Shown here one piece after another: positions 1-10,046 of a stretch of DNA of 64,000 nt. A program made the translations under genes and the position numbers. The first letter of the stretch is position 1; each line of letters opens with the position of its first letter. The notes beneath the pieces were generated by a model that made no database searches, was not told the origin of the DNA, and saw only the letters and a list, made by a program, of their open reading frames with translations. Origin of the DNA: a bacterium (lineage in GTDB: Bacteria; Patescibacteriota; Minisyncoccia; Phycocordibacterales; UBA9973); the NCBI GenBank assembly GCA_037200905.1, contig JBBCGN010000004.1, positions 4,038-68,037 of the forward strand. Direction: 5' to 3'.

Positions 1-74
1 AGAGTGACGAGGACGATCTTGACCTTCGTCCTGTCCTTTGAGAAACGCAGGGGTAAGTCGTTGGCTTTTTTCAT
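1..74 (-). CDS. 5' end of an unassigned CDS running off the left edge
   Basis: Minus-strand ATG at 74-72, then open frame MKKANDLPLRFSKDRTKVKIVLV... to position 1. Only 24 codons are visible. Confidence 0.3.
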   Translation of the reverse strand, partial: MKKANDLPLRFSKDRTKVKIVLVT

Positions 75-313
75 CTGGGTTTATTTTATTGTGAACGAAT
101 ATTTTCTATATAATACCAGATTAAGCGAAAAAGTCAACAAACACAAAAGAGCCCCGCTTGGAAAAGCAGGGCGATTTAATCCTATGAGAAAAAGTACTCA
201 CTTCTTTCGGCTGCGACTGCCGAATTGATGAGATGCCTAGACTTTATCATGTATAGCCGGTTTGTCAACACGGCTTTTAAAAAAGCCTGAAATATGTATA
301 ATGGATGAACGAT

Positions 314-384
314 GGGTCTATAGTTCAGTGGTAGAATAGCGGTCTCCAAAACCGTTGACCGAGGTTCGAATCCTCGTGGACCCG
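314..384 (+). tRNA. tRNA-Trp (anticodon CCA)
   Basis: 71-nt cloverleaf: acceptor GGGTCTA/TGGACCC, anticodon stem GCGGT/ACCGT with loop CTCCAAA, T-arm CGAGG-TTCGAAT-CCTCG. CCA is not encoded. Confidence 0.9.
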
Positions 385-430
385 CATTAACAAATTTGTG
401 CGCAATTCATGCAATTGATATAATACTTGT

Positions 431-2500
431 ATGGAAAATTTCCCTGGTCCTAAGCAAGGTTCAGATAATGAAAGCGCATCGGATAAAAAGCAGTCAGGAA
501 ACGAAAAGCATAATTGGTTTAAAAAAGCAGCCGTTGTCGCTGGTTTTGTTGCTGGAAGCGTAGTAAGCCAGCAAGCCGGCGCTCAGAATACTGCCGAAGG
601 GAATAGCGTGGGGCACAAGGCAAAGATCGAAGCACTTTATAAGATATTTGAGGATGATAAAGGCGATTTTCTTGACAGTCTTTCTACCGTTGCGAGCGAA
701 AAAGTGAAGGATCCACAGCTTGCTGGGCTTGTTGCCGAAGCAGCAAAGGAGGCACCTTGGGCTTTCGTGAATAATATCCGTGCAGTGAGTGCTATTGAAG
801 GAATAGATATAAAAAAAGAAATCGAGAACGCTGCAGCAGCAGTTCCAGGCGTAGTATTGCGGAGAACTGCTGATATTAAAAGCCTGCGCCTCTTTTTTGA
901 CAGTGAATGGAATAATCTCGTCGAACATACTATTGATAACCATATCGATGTACTTTCGGAAGAGGACTATGCGCCGATCCTGGATAGCTTTCCTAATCCT
1001 AAGTCAGAAATCATAAAGGCTCTCAAAAAAATCAAAGAAGCGGGCGCGGAACGCACTTTGCTTTCTTCTGTCATAGAAAAGAATCTGACCGTAGAGCAGA
1101 TCAAGCAGATTGAGAGCGATAATCTCGCTCTCTTGAAAGAGTATATGTTCGTAGCTTCTAGGCCTAATGGCCATTTTGCTGATCAAGCTGTAGGAGGAAT
1201 TGAAGGCAGGGCAGTAACGTTCGTTGACCACATGAATCAGCTGCATGATAAGCCAGACATTGAGCGCTTCAAGCAATTAGAACAATGTGGAGCGGAAGAG
1301 TTATATGAAATGATCTCCTTTGGGGGAAACCAGATGTTTACGAGTACATTCAATGGGACTTTCAATAGAATGCTTGAGAAAATGAAGTCCCAGAATCTAA
1401 CAGGACAGGCATTGGTCGAACATGGCGGCAAATGGCGCTATACGACTTTCCTCAAAACTTGTACCGCATTCAGCCGTATCAATGAATTTCTCGAGACTAT
1501 GGATACTGATAACGCTCGGGAATCAGTGCTTGGACTTATAAAAAATATTGAAAATTTACATGACGATTTTGAAGGATACGCCGCTGTTTTTGCTGATATG
1601 ATCGGGATGGTAAAAGATCAGACACTCATAGATAGTATGGGAAATACTATAGTAAGCGAGTATGAGCGAGTATCGCATGACTCTACAGTGGAAGAATCGT
1701 ACAAAAATCTTTATAAAATACTTGCTGGAATCTATATCAAGGCAACTGATAAAGAGAATCCTAGTTTAAGACAACTCGCGAACGGAGTCGTGTTGGAGGA
1801 ATCTGCAAGAGCTCCCGAGAAAGCTCTCTTCAATCCGAATGGCGTCGATGTGCAACGGTATTTCTTCTATGACGACATCGATGGACAAGTCTCATTCGAC
1901 TCCTTCCTCAAAGAATACGAGAACCAGCCAGAGTGGAAGATAATTAAAGAATCATCATATGTATTGGTGAAATCTGTCCAGGGAGACAGGGCTATAGAGA
2001 TTTATGCTAATTATCCAAAGTCAGAAAATGAAGGACTAAAAAACATTGACGCGGCATTGAAAAGTAAAAAGCTTGAGATCAATGTGACAGTGCACCGAGG
2101 GCATAGTTACCATGTTGAGGGGACGCTTAGCAACCTGCCGAAATCTTCCACTATCGTGTCGCTCGGATCATGTGGGGGATACCAATACCTGCGGAGAGTC
2201 TTAGAAAAAATACCTGACGCGAACGTTTTCTTCACGAGGGGAACAGGAACTCGCGCTATCAATGACCCATTATTTAAAAAGCTTAATGAGACAATCCTCG
2301 AAAAAGGCGAAGTTGATTTCGAATCGTTCTGGCAAGAGGCACAACAAGAGCTCCGCGGAGATAAAAATTTTGAAAACTATATCCCGCCCCATAAGAACCT
2401 CAGCACCATTTTCTTTAAGACATATGAAAAGTATCTCAAGCAAGCTCCCCAAAGGACAACTGCTCATTATACGGAGGGGTTCCTGCCGAACAGCTCGTAA
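431..2500 (+). CDS. Large unassigned protein with N-terminal signal/anchor (689 aa)
   Basis: Uninterrupted ORF, AT-richer than flanks. Hydrophobic N-terminal segment AAVVAGFVAGSVVSQQAGA. ATG lies 7 nt after TGaTATAAT (416-424). No family recognised. Confidence 0.6.
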   Translation: MENFPGPKQGSDNESASDKKQSGNEKHNWFKKAAVVAGFVAGSVVSQQAGAQNTAEGNSVGHKAKIEALYKIFEDDKGDFLDSLSTVASEKVKDPQLAGLVAEAAKEAPWAFVNNIRAVSAIEGIDIKKEIENAAAAVPGVVLRRTADIKSLRLFFDSEWNNLVEHTIDNHIDVLSEEDYAPILDSFPNPKSEIIKALKKIKEAGAERTLLSSVIEKNLTVEQIKQIESDNLALLKEYMFVASRPNGHFADQAVGGIEGRAVTFVDHMNQLHDKPDIERFKQLEQCGAEELYEMISFGGNQMFTSTFNGTFNRMLEKMKSQNLTGQALVEHGGKWRYTTFLKTCTAFSRINEFLETMDTDNARESVLGLIKNIENLHDDFEGYAAVFADMIGMVKDQTLIDSMGNTIVSEYERVSHDSTVEESYKNLYKILAGIYIKATDKENPSLRQLANGVVLEESARAPEKALFNPNGVDVQRYFFYDDIDGQVSFDSFLKEYENQPEWKIIKESSYVLVKSVQGDRAIEIYANYPKSENEGLKNIDAALKSKKLEINVTVHRGHSYHVEGTLSNLPKSSTIVSLGSCGGYQYLRRVLEKIPDANVFFTRGTGTRAINDPLFKKLNETILEKGEVDFESFWQEAQQELRGDKNFENYIPPHKNLSTIFFKTYEKYLKQAPQRTTAHYTEGFLPNSS

Positions 2501-2512
2501 ATATAACTAGCG

Positions 2513-2830
2513 ATGTCATTATCTCTCTTCGCACAATTCGCCGCATCGCTCATACTCGGATTCATATTCTCGGACTATTTTTCAGGGCATTCGGAAGGCG
2601 AAAGGATAGAGCGCGGAGCACGGTTCAAGCTCGGCGCGTACCGCTTCAGCTTCCACAACTGGATCTGGTCCACGCTCATACTCATCGCCTGCATCCATTT
2701 CGGCGTCACTGACGGCATCACCCTCGGCATCGTCGCCGGGGCCATCCTCCAGGGCCTGACGTACCGCGACCGCTTCGTCATCCTCTACAAGGCCGAGGAT
2801 TTCGAGAAGATCTACTCCAAATTCTACTAG
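2513..2830 (+). CDS. Small membrane protein (105 aa), unassigned
   Basis: ORF starts 12 nt after the previous stop. It has 2-3 hydrophobic helices (LILGFIFSDYF, TLILIACIHFGV, GIVAGAILQGL). Confidence 0.45.
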   Translation: MSLSLFAQFAASLILGFIFSDYFSGHSEGERIERGARFKLGAYRFSFHNWIWSTLILIACIHFGVTDGITLGIVAGAILQGLTYRDRFVILYKAEDFEKIYSKFY

Positions 2831-2843
2831 GCTGCGGCCCCCC

Positions 2844-2871
2844 TTGCCAATAATATTTTTAGTGGTATAGT
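2844..2871 (+). promoter_or_regulatory. Sigma70-type promoter of the first sigma-factor paralog
   Basis: TTGCCA (2844-2849), 16-nt spacer, TGgTATAGT (-10 at 2866-2871). Same layout and flanking bases as 3638-3665. Confidence 0.6.
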
Positions 2872-2931
2872 TCTAAAAACGATCGAATATATCGAGAAAA
2901 CCGAATCTTTTGAACATTTAAAACTAGAGAC

Positions 2932-3549
2932 ATGCAAAAGAACCTTATTGCTTTGAAAGGGCTGAGCGACGAGGAATTGATAGCCCGGACGAAAGAAGGG
3001 GATCCCGAACCGCTCGGCGTGCTGTTCGAAAGGCATCGCAAGCGGTTGCGGAATGCCATCTATGTTATCCTCAGAGACCATCGCAAGATACTCTTGGACA
3101 TAGACGACCTGATGCAGGATACGTTCCTCAAGGCATACCATGCCATCACGAAAGGCAAGATCCAGCCCGGCAACTTTCCCGCCTGGCTCCAGAAAGTCGG
3201 CCACAACCTGACCGTCGATGTCTTGCGCAGGAGGGCCTGGAGAGACCTTTCTGTCCCTTTTCCTGAGGACGACGATGAGGAATCTATGAGCCTGCACTTC
3301 GAGCCCGGCGCGGACGAGACCATGATAAAGGCCGAGACGGTCACGCTGATGCAGAAGTTTCTCGGCGAATTGAATCCGAAGAGCCGCGAGGTCATCCTGC
3401 TGCATTTCTATGCCGATCGCCCCTTCACAGAGATAGGCAGCATCATCCGGCGCTGCACCAGGGTGGCGCTTCGCAGGAAACGCTCCGGCATCGCCGACTT
3501 AAGGAGAAAGATGGGCGTCCCCGAAATGCAACTCGGAAAAGCATCCTGA
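2932..3549 (+). CDS. RNA polymerase sigma factor, sigma-70 family, ECF-sized (205 aa)
   Basis: Region 2 DDLMQDTFLKAYHAI and region 4 HTH REVILLHFYADRPFTEIGSII. Confidence 0.8.
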   Translation: MQKNLIALKGLSDEELIARTKEGDPEPLGVLFERHRKRLRNAIYVILRDHRKILLDIDDLMQDTFLKAYHAITKGKIQPGNFPAWLQKVGHNLTVDVLRRRAWRDLSVPFPEDDDEESMSLHFEPGADETMIKAETVTLMQKFLGELNPKSREVILLHFYADRPFTEIGSIIRRCTRVALRRKRSGIADLRRKMGVPEMQLGKAS

Positions 3550-3563
3550 ATGAAAGCCGTGAA

Positions 3564-3595
3564 GCAGCCAGATATCCATATCCGGCTGCTTTTTG
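3564..3595 (+). terminator. Rho-independent terminator
   Basis: Hairpin GCAGCCAGATAT/ATATCCGGCTGC followed by TTTTT. Near-identical to 4383-4414. Confidence 0.75.
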
Positions 3596-3637
3596 CTTAT
3601 GTGCATATCGCGCATCGCGCTCCGGGAGGCGGGGCCC

Positions 3638-3665
3638 TTGCCTCTAAAGGCTTTAGTGCTATAGT
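3638..3665 (+). promoter_or_regulatory. Sigma70-type promoter of the second sigma-factor paralog
   Basis: TTGCCT (3638-3643), 16-nt spacer, TGcTATAGT (-10 at 3660-3665). Confidence 0.6.
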
Positions 3666-3732
3666 TCTAGGCAGAATAAGGAACAAGAATATCGTGAGGA
3701 AACCAAAACCTTGAACTTTTAAAACTTCACAC

Positions 3733-4371
3733 ATGAAAAGGAATCGCACTATCCTAAGCGGCATGAGCGACCGGGAACTGATCGCCCTGACCCAGGCTGA
3801 AAACCCCGATGCGTTCGGCGTATTGTTCCAAAGGCACTCTGAGCGCCTGCGCAGCACGATCTACTTCCTGATCAAGGACCGGGACAAATCCCTGGTGGAC
3901 GATCTCGTCCAAGACGCCTTCATCAAGGCCCAGGAAGCCATCATGACCAAGGGTTATTCCGAAAGGAATAGTTTCGGCGCATGGCTCGCCCGCATCGGCC
4001 ACAACCTGGCCGTCGACTGCCTGCGCAGAAAAGGCCGGGGCGACAAGAAAGTCGTCTGCATGAGCCAGCTCGACGCGCGGGGCGGAGAATATTCGTATGA
4101 CGAATGGCACCAGCTCGGCAGCGGATCAAACAGAGAGGAAGAGATCGTGAAAGATGAGACCATCCGCATGATCGAGGAACTGCTCGAAGAGCTGTCTCCC
4201 GATCTCCGGGAGACACTGATCCTGCGCTATTATGCGGAACTGCCGTATCGCGACATCGCCGACATCACCGATGTCTCCATCAACACGTCGCTCGGCAGGG
4301 TGCGCTACAGCCTCAAAAACTTGAGGAAATTCTTGAACATGCCCAAACGCGCCATGCGCAAAGCAGTTTGA
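3733..4371 (+). CDS. RNA polymerase sigma factor, sigma-70 family, ECF-sized (212 aa), paralog of 2932-3549
   Basis: Region 2 DDLVQDAFIKAQEAI and region 4 RETLILRYYAELPYRDIADIT. N-terminus is parallel to its neighbour (LSGMSDRELIALTQAENPDAFGVLFQRH vs LKGLSDEELIARTKEGDPEPLGVLFERH). Confidence 0.8.
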   Translation: MKRNRTILSGMSDRELIALTQAENPDAFGVLFQRHSERLRSTIYFLIKDRDKSLVDDLVQDAFIKAQEAIMTKGYSERNSFGAWLARIGHNLAVDCLRRKGRGDKKVVCMSQLDARGGEYSYDEWHQLGSGSNREEEIVKDETIRMIEELLEELSPDLRETLILRYYAELPYRDIADITDVSINTSLGRVRYSLKNLRKFLNMPKRAMRKAV

Positions 4372-4382
4372 TGAAAACTATT

Positions 4383-4414
4383 GCAGCCGGATATCCCTAT
4401 CCGGCTGCTTTTTA
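4383..4414 (+). terminator. Rho-independent terminator
   Basis: Hairpin GCAGCCGGATAT/ATCCGGCTGC followed by TTTTT. Confidence 0.75.
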
Positions 4415-4468
4415 TTTCTGTCCGCCCGTGTTTGATTCGGAGGCCGGCAATGCTATCATAAGAAGGCC

Positions 4469-5056
4469 ATGCACCACCTATTCGACATCCCTTATCTCGT
4501 CTCGACGTACGGCTATGTGGGCATCTTCGTCATCGTCTTCCTCGAATCGGGCATCTTCTTCGCCCTGCCGGGCGACAGCCTGCTCTTCACGGCGGGGATT
4601 CTCGCCGCCGGAGGCCTGCTCGATGTCACCATCCTCGTGCCGCTCATATTCGTGGCCACGCTCTTTGGCGGACTCTTCGGCTATTGGGTGGGCGTGAATA
4701 TCGAGAAACTGAGGCGCTATATCGTCTTCAAGAAAATTTTGAAAGACGAATATATACGGAAAGCGCACGTCTTTTTTAGCAAGCACGGACGTTCGGCCAT
4801 CATCTTCTCGCGATTCGTGCCCGTGGTGCGCACCTTCGCGCCGATCGTGGCCGGCGTGGCTCGCATGGACAAGAAGGCATTCGTGCGATACTCGGTCATC
4901 AGCTCGCTCTTGTGGTCCGTATTGGTCACGTTCCTCGGCTTCTTCCTCGGGCAGAGCTTTCCGTGGCTCACGGACTACATGCCGCTCCTGATCGGCATCG
5001 TGGTAGTGCTGTCTCTCATACCGCCGCTAGTGGAAGTTTTTCGCAAGCGAAAGTAG
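4469..5056 (+). CDS. DedA-family membrane protein (195 aa)
   Basis: DedA signature GYVGIFVIVFLESGIFFALPGDSLLFTAG and several TM helices. Confidence 0.8.
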   Translation: MHHLFDIPYLVSTYGYVGIFVIVFLESGIFFALPGDSLLFTAGILAAGGLLDVTILVPLIFVATLFGGLFGYWVGVNIEKLRRYIVFKKILKDEYIRKAHVFFSKHGRSAIIFSRFVPVVRTFAPIVAGVARMDKKAFVRYSVISSLLWSVLVTFLGFFLGQSFPWLTDYMPLLIGIVVVLSLIPPLVEVFRKRK

Positions 5057-5968
5057 GATCTTGCGCTCGTCTTTCGGGGAATACCATGTTATTTTCTTAT
5101 CCCGCTTGAACCACGTCATCTGGCGCTTGGCGTATTGCAGTATGGCCGTCTCGAGGCCAGCAATCATTTCTTGTTTCGATATCTTCTTCTGCAGGTACAA
5201 TGCCATATGCCTGTATTCCAGGCCGAGCTCTTCCATGCGTTTCCACGACAAGCCTGCGGCATGCAGTCTCGTGGCCTCCCGAAGCATGCCGGCCTTGATA
5301 CGCTTTTCTAGTCTGATTTTTATTTTTGTTTCAAGATCGGGTAAAGGCAGAGTCAGACCGATTTTTATAAACTGATAGGGAAGTTTCGCATATTTTACAG
5401 CCGGTACCTTGCCCATATACTTCGCGATCTCGATAGCGCGTACCAGGCGTACTTTGTTCTTGGCATCGATGCCATTGGCGCGGCGGGCATCAAGCTTCTT
5501 GAGCATGGCAAAAAGCACTGGAGCGGATTTCTTCTCAAGCGTTGCTCGCAATTTTTGATTCGGCGGCACTTCGGGGAATACCGCGCCGCTTGTCACCGCA
5601 TTGATATAGAATCCGGTGCCGCCGCAGAGTATTGGCAGTTTGCCGCGAGAAATGATGTCCGCGATCTTTGCATCGGCCAGAGCCTTGTATTCGGCAACGG
5701 TAAATTTCTTCTTGGCGCTCGCCACGTCGAGCAGATAATGCGGAACTCCCTGCATCTCTTTTTTGGTGATCTTGCCCGTGCCGATGTCGAGGCCTTTGTA
5801 TACCTGCCGCGAATCGGCGGAGATGACTTCGCCACCGAATTTGCGCGCGACGGCTACCGCCAAATCGCTCTTGCCAGTGGCAGTCTGTCCGAGGATGACG
5901 AGCACCTTAGTCTTCGGTGACTTTGACTTTGGCGCCGATGGAATTGAAACGCTGGGCAAGATTTTCAT
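5027..5968 (-). CDS. miaA: tRNA dimethylallyltransferase
   Basis: P-loop GQTATGKS, then ISADSRQVYKGLDIGTGK. ATG 5968 would overlap the murA 3' end; an in-frame GTG at 5905 directly after the murA stop is an alternative start. Confidence 0.85.
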   Translation of the reverse strand: MKILPSVSIPSAPKSKSPKTKVLVILGQTATGKSDLAVAVARKFGGEVISADSRQVYKGLDIGTGKITKKEMQGVPHYLLDVASAKKKFTVAEYKALADAKIADIISRGKLPILCGGTGFYINAVTSGAVFPEVPPNQKLRATLEKKSAPVLFAMLKKLDARRANGIDAKNKVRLVRAIEIAKYMGKVPAVKYAKLPYQFIKIGLTLPLPDLETKIKIRLEKRIKAGMLREATRLHAAGLSWKRMEELGLEYRHMALYLQKKISKQEMIAGLETAILQYAKRQMTWFKRDKKITWYSPKDERKILLSLAKNFH

Positions 5969-7240
5969 AGCCGCGATTGATCATATAAATATTCCGGAGG
6001 AGCGACGTCCCCGGAGCCGCGAGCATGGCGAGCATGATGACCACGGAAGGGCGCAGCGCCGGAGGGCAGACCACTTGTGCCGGTTTCCAGACTGTCGGGC
6101 CGGGTGATGAAGAGGCGGTGGGGGGTCGGCGAGCAGCGCCGAGCCTCCGAAGCGGTTGAGCTCGGTGAGGTAGATGGCGCGGTTCTCATAGACCCAGTCG
6201 TGGATGAGCGTCTGGCCCTTGGCGCAGGCGGCGATCAGCGCGAAGAACGGCAGGTTGTCGATATTGATGCCCGGATACGGACGGGATTCTATCTTGTCGG
6301 AAAGGGCTGTAAGCTTCGACGGCAATATCTCGATGTCCGCGAGATTCGTATAGGTGTTGTTCGCCTTATATATGTCGCCGACGCGGTATTTGAGACCCAT
6401 CTTCTTGAGCTTATAGAGTTCGAGCTCGAGGAATTCGATGGGGCAGCGAGTGACGGCGAGCTTGGAATTCGTGACGATGGCGGCGGTGATCCACATCATG
6501 GATTCGATAGGGTCTTCGCTGTTGTAGTACTCGACGTTCTTCTTGATCGGGCCCGCGATGCCGTGCACCGTGAGCGTGGTCGTGCCCTTGCCGTCGATCT
6601 TCACGCCGAGCTTCGAGAGGAAGAAGCAGATCTCCTGCACCATGTAGTTCGGGCTCGCGAACTTTATGACGGTCTTGCCCGGGATGAGCGCCGCGGCGAT
6701 GAGCAGATTCTCGCACGCCGTGTCGCCGGACTCGTACATGACGATAGTGGCGGGCTTGAGCTTGGCATAGCTCATCTGATAGTTCCAATTGGTGACTTTG
6801 GTCTTGACGCCCATCTCTTCGAGGCCGTACATGTGCGCGCTGATGGTGCGCTTGCCGAGATCGCAGCCGTAGGCGTGCGGCAGGCGGAACGTCTTCATGC
6901 GGTGGATGAGGGCGCCGGCGAGCATGATGACGCTGCGGGTCTTGATGGCCGCGGCCTTGTTGATCTTCGTCATCTCGAAACGGTCAGGCGGAACGATAGT
7001 GATGCTGTGCGGGGCGATCCATCTGACCTTCACGCCGATGGACTCCATGACTTCGATGATGCGGAAGACTTCCTCGATGCGGGAGATGCCGTGGAGCGTC
7101 GTGGTGCCCTGGTTCAGGAGCGAGGCGCACAAGAGGCCGACCGCGCCGTTCTTCGATGCGTTCGTCCGTATGGTGCCTGATAATTTTCTACCGCCTTCGA
7201 TCTTGAAATTCTCGATCTTGCTCTCTTTTTTTGTTTGCAT
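5907..7240 (-). CDS. murA: UDP-N-acetylglucosamine 1-carboxyvinyltransferase, interrupted by two 1-nt shifts
   Basis: N-terminus MQTKKESKIENFKIEGGRKLSGTI. The C-terminus DPHRLFIT/GPTVWKPAQVVCPPALRPSVVIMLAMLAAPGTSLLRNIYMINRGYENLAQRFNSIGAKVKVTED* is recovered only by slipping at G-runs 6120-6125 and 6097-6104 (plus-strand coordinates). Confidence 0.85.
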
Positions 7241-7257
7241 ATTTTTTATTCAAACGG

Positions 7258-7342
7258 TGCCGCGGGAGAGAATCGAACTCTCATGGGGTTGCCCCCGAAC
7301 GATTTTGAGTCGTTTGCGTCTACCCAATTCCGCCACCGCGGC
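7258..7342 (-). tRNA. tRNA-Leu (anticodon CAA)
   Basis: 85-nt class II tRNA: acceptor GCCGCGG/CCGCGGC, anticodon arm AACGA-CTCAAAA-TCGTT, long variable arm, T-arm GAGAG-TTCGATT-CTCTC. Confidence 0.9.
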
Positions 7343-7485
7343 GATTAGCAAAATACGGCTTCGTAATTTGCCCCTCACTATGCGATATCTTATTCACAGA
7401 GTGTCCCCACATAGTACTGTAAATACCCTGAAAAATCAATTATTTCTCGCTTATGTCTTTATTGGAATTGTGCTAAAATATACCG

Positions 7486-8502
7486 ATGTCGAACTTATAT
7501 TCCAATTCCATTTTCTGGATCGATACCGATAAGATCAAGCCGAATCCCTATCAGCCGCGCCGCGATTTCGACGAGGCCCGCCTCGAAGACCTGGCCCTCT
7601 CTATCAAGCAGTACGGCGTGCTCCAGCCGCTGACCGTTTCCCGCGTAGAAGTCGAGAAGGACGACGGCATGGCGACGGAATACGAGCTCATCGCCGGCGA
7701 ACGCCGCCTGCGCGCCGCGAAGCTCGCCGGAGTGTCGCAGGTGCCGGCCATCATCCGTGTCGGCGACACGAACATGATGAAGCTCGAGCTCGCCATCATC
7801 GAGAACCTCCAGCGCGAAGACCTCAACGTCGTCGACCGCGCCCGGGCATTCTTCCAATTGGCGAACGAATTCAAATTCACCCACAGCGAGATCGCCAAGA
7901 AGATGGGCCGTTCGCGCGAATACGTCTCGAACACTCTCCGCATCCTGTCACTGCCCGAAGAGATCCTGCAAGGCCTCTCCGAAGGCAAGATCAGCGAAGG
8001 CCACACCCGGCCGATACTGATGCTCGCCGACCATCCGGAAGAGCAGCTCGTGCTTTTCAAGGAAATCGTCTACAAGAAGATCACTGTGCGCGAAGCGGAG
8101 CGTCTGGCGCGCAAGATCGCCTTCGACCGCGTGCGCAAGAAGGAATTCCTGCCCGACCCGGAGATCACCGAGCTCGAAGAAGAATTCCAGGACAAGCTCG
8201 GCACTCGCGTGCACATCGAGCGCAAGGAGAACGGCGGCCAGATCAAGATCGATTATTTCTCTACGGACGACCTGCGCGAGATATTGAACCAGATCAACAA
8301 ATCAAACATGGAGAAACGGGCTACCGACATGCTCGAGAAGCATATTGCGAGCACCGCCGCGTCCGAGGAGGCCGCGGCGACAGCTACGGACGACACGGAG
8401 GCGCCAGTCACCGAAGATGGAGCGCCGGTAGACGATCGCGGAGCCGAAGAGAAGAAAGAGGACGAATCGAACCTCTACGACATCTCGAATTTCAGCCTCT
8501 AG
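7486..8502 (+). CDS. parB: Chromosome partitioning protein ParB (338 aa)
   Basis: ParB box PYQPRRDFDEARLEDLALSIKQYGVLQPLTV and ELIAGERRLRAAKLAG. ATG lies 7 nt after TGcTAAAAT (7471-7479). Confidence 0.85.
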   Translation: MSNLYSNSIFWIDTDKIKPNPYQPRRDFDEARLEDLALSIKQYGVLQPLTVSRVEVEKDDGMATEYELIAGERRLRAAKLAGVSQVPAIIRVGDTNMMKLELAIIENLQREDLNVVDRARAFFQLANEFKFTHSEIAKKMGRSREYVSNTLRILSLPEEILQGLSEGKISEGHTRPILMLADHPEEQLVLFKEIVYKKITVREAERLARKIAFDRVRKKEFLPDPEITELEEEFQDKLGTRVHIERKENGGQIKIDYFSTDDLREILNQINKSNMEKRATDMLEKHIASTAASEEAAATATDDTEAPVTEDGAPVDDRGAEEKKEDESNLYDISNFSL

Positions 8503-8536
8503 ATATTTGGAACGTCGGAATGCCTCGCCTGTAGGC

Positions 8537-10007
8537 CTAGCTACGGCCGAAGGAGCGCAGCTTAGAAAGCAGGCTGTTCTTTTCGAGGTAGGCGCGGATG
8601 TGCTTTTTCGCCACTGTGGTCTTGGTGTATTCGAGCCACTTGCTCGAAGGATTGGAATTCTTGTTGGTAGAGATCTCTACGATGTCACCGTTCTTGAGGG
8701 CGGAGAATATCTGCACCATCTTGCCGTTCACTTTCGCAGAAGATATGTGGTCGCCGATATCGGAGTGTATGGAGTAGGCGAAGTCTATCGGACTCGAGTC
8801 TTCCGCCAGGTCCACTACGTCGCCCTTGGGCGTGAATATGAAGATGCGGTCGCTGAAGAAATCCATCTTCAGGTTCTCCAAGAATTTCTTCGGCTGGTCG
8901 GGGGAATAGTTCAGCTCTTTCAATTCCTCGATCCATTTGAATTTCGACTTGTCTTCTTTTGCTTTCTTGTCGCCGCCTTCCTTGTAGGCGAAGTGCGCGG
9001 CGATGCCGTATGCCGCCTCGGCATGCATCTCTTTCGTGCGGATCTGTATCTCGGCTACGCCGCCCGTGCGGGTCAGGATGGTGGTATGTATCGAGCGGTA
9101 GCCGTTCGGCTTCGGGAAAGCGATGTAGTCCTTGATGCGGCCCGGCAATGGCTTCCAGATGGCATGTACCATGCCGAGCACGCGATAGCAGTCTTCGACA
9201 GAATCGAGCACCACCTGCAGGGCCACGATGTCGAAGACTTTCTCGATGTCCATGTCGTACTTGCGGAGCTTTCGCCACAAGCTGTAGGTGTGCTTCACTC
9301 GGTAATTGAATTCCACCACGTGAATGTTGTTTTTCACCAGCTCTTTCTCGAGCTCTTCGCGCACTTCGGCCAGGTATTTGGTATACGGCTCTTTGCGCTC
9401 GTCGATGATGGCGCGCACCTGGGCGTATTCTTTCGGATAGGCAAAAGGGAAGGCCGCATCCTCGATCTCGCCCTTGAGTTTGGCCATGCCGAGACGGTTC
9501 GCGAGCGGGGCATAGACTTCGATGGATTCGATGGCGATGCGCTTGCGCTTGTCCTCGCGGACGTGCTCGAGCGTGCGCAGATTGTGCAGGCGGTCGGCGA
9601 ACTTGATGATGACCACGCGCAGGTCGTTTGCCATAGCCACGAAGAACTTGCGCAGGAGACTCCACGTGCCTCTCGTGGCCGCGGTATTTCAAGGTGCCGA
9701 GTTTTGTCACGCCTTTGACCAGAAAGAGGATGTCGGGGCCGAATTCGCGTTCGATCTCGTCTTCGGACACGTCGGTATCTTCGAGCACGTCGTGCAAGAG
9801 CCCCGCCGCGATGGTCTTGGCGTCCATGCCGAGCTTGGCAAGGTTCTTTGCCGTCTCAACCGTATGGTTGAAATACGGCTCGCCGCTCATGCGTTTCTGG
9901 CCTTCATGCGCGCGCTCCGCATAGGCATAGGCTTTCTCGATGAGTTTCTCTTCTTCGGGCTTGAGGCCGCCTTCCGCGAGAGCCAAAATATCTGTTACCG
10001 CTGTCAT
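8537..10007 (-). CDS. rel: Bifunctional (p)ppGpp synthetase/hydrolase Rel/SpoT homolog (HD, synthetase, TGS), one frameshift
   Basis: HD domain LLHDVLEDT, synthetase region YRSIHTTI, TGS IFIFTPKGDVVDLAEDSSPIDFAYSIHSDIG. Frames join near 9657 (HVES|LRKFFVAMANDLRVV). Confidence 0.85.
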
Positions 10008-10046
10008 ATATATGAGTATAGCAGGGATGGCACTTTTGGCGAAAAG

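Noticed and set aside
4-228. 74-aa plus-strand ORF at the left edge
   Set aside because: It spans the start and promoter region of a minus-strand gene and AT-rich intergenic sequence. It has no motif or translation signal.
6077-7180. Long ORFs antisense to real genes in GC-rich stretches (6077-7180, 8507-9718, 14141-15262, 15788-16744, 36948-37946, 39375-40616, 44034-44951, 62218-63225, 30858-31628)
   Set aside because: Each lies opposite a gene with clear conserved motifs (murA, rel, serS, ftsQ-like/dus, gatB, FAD oxidase, transglycosylase, mreB, obg). Their translations are low-complexity and Arg/Ala/Gly/Asp-rich. This is the usual shadow-ORF effect of high GC.
7390-7398. TTATTCACA DnaA-box-like sites (7390-7398 next to parB; 47303-47311) as a replication origin
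   Set aside because: These are two isolated one-mismatch boxes, 40 kb apart. No cluster, AT-rich unwinding element or dnaA/dnaN gene is visible, so the evidence is insufficient to call oriC.
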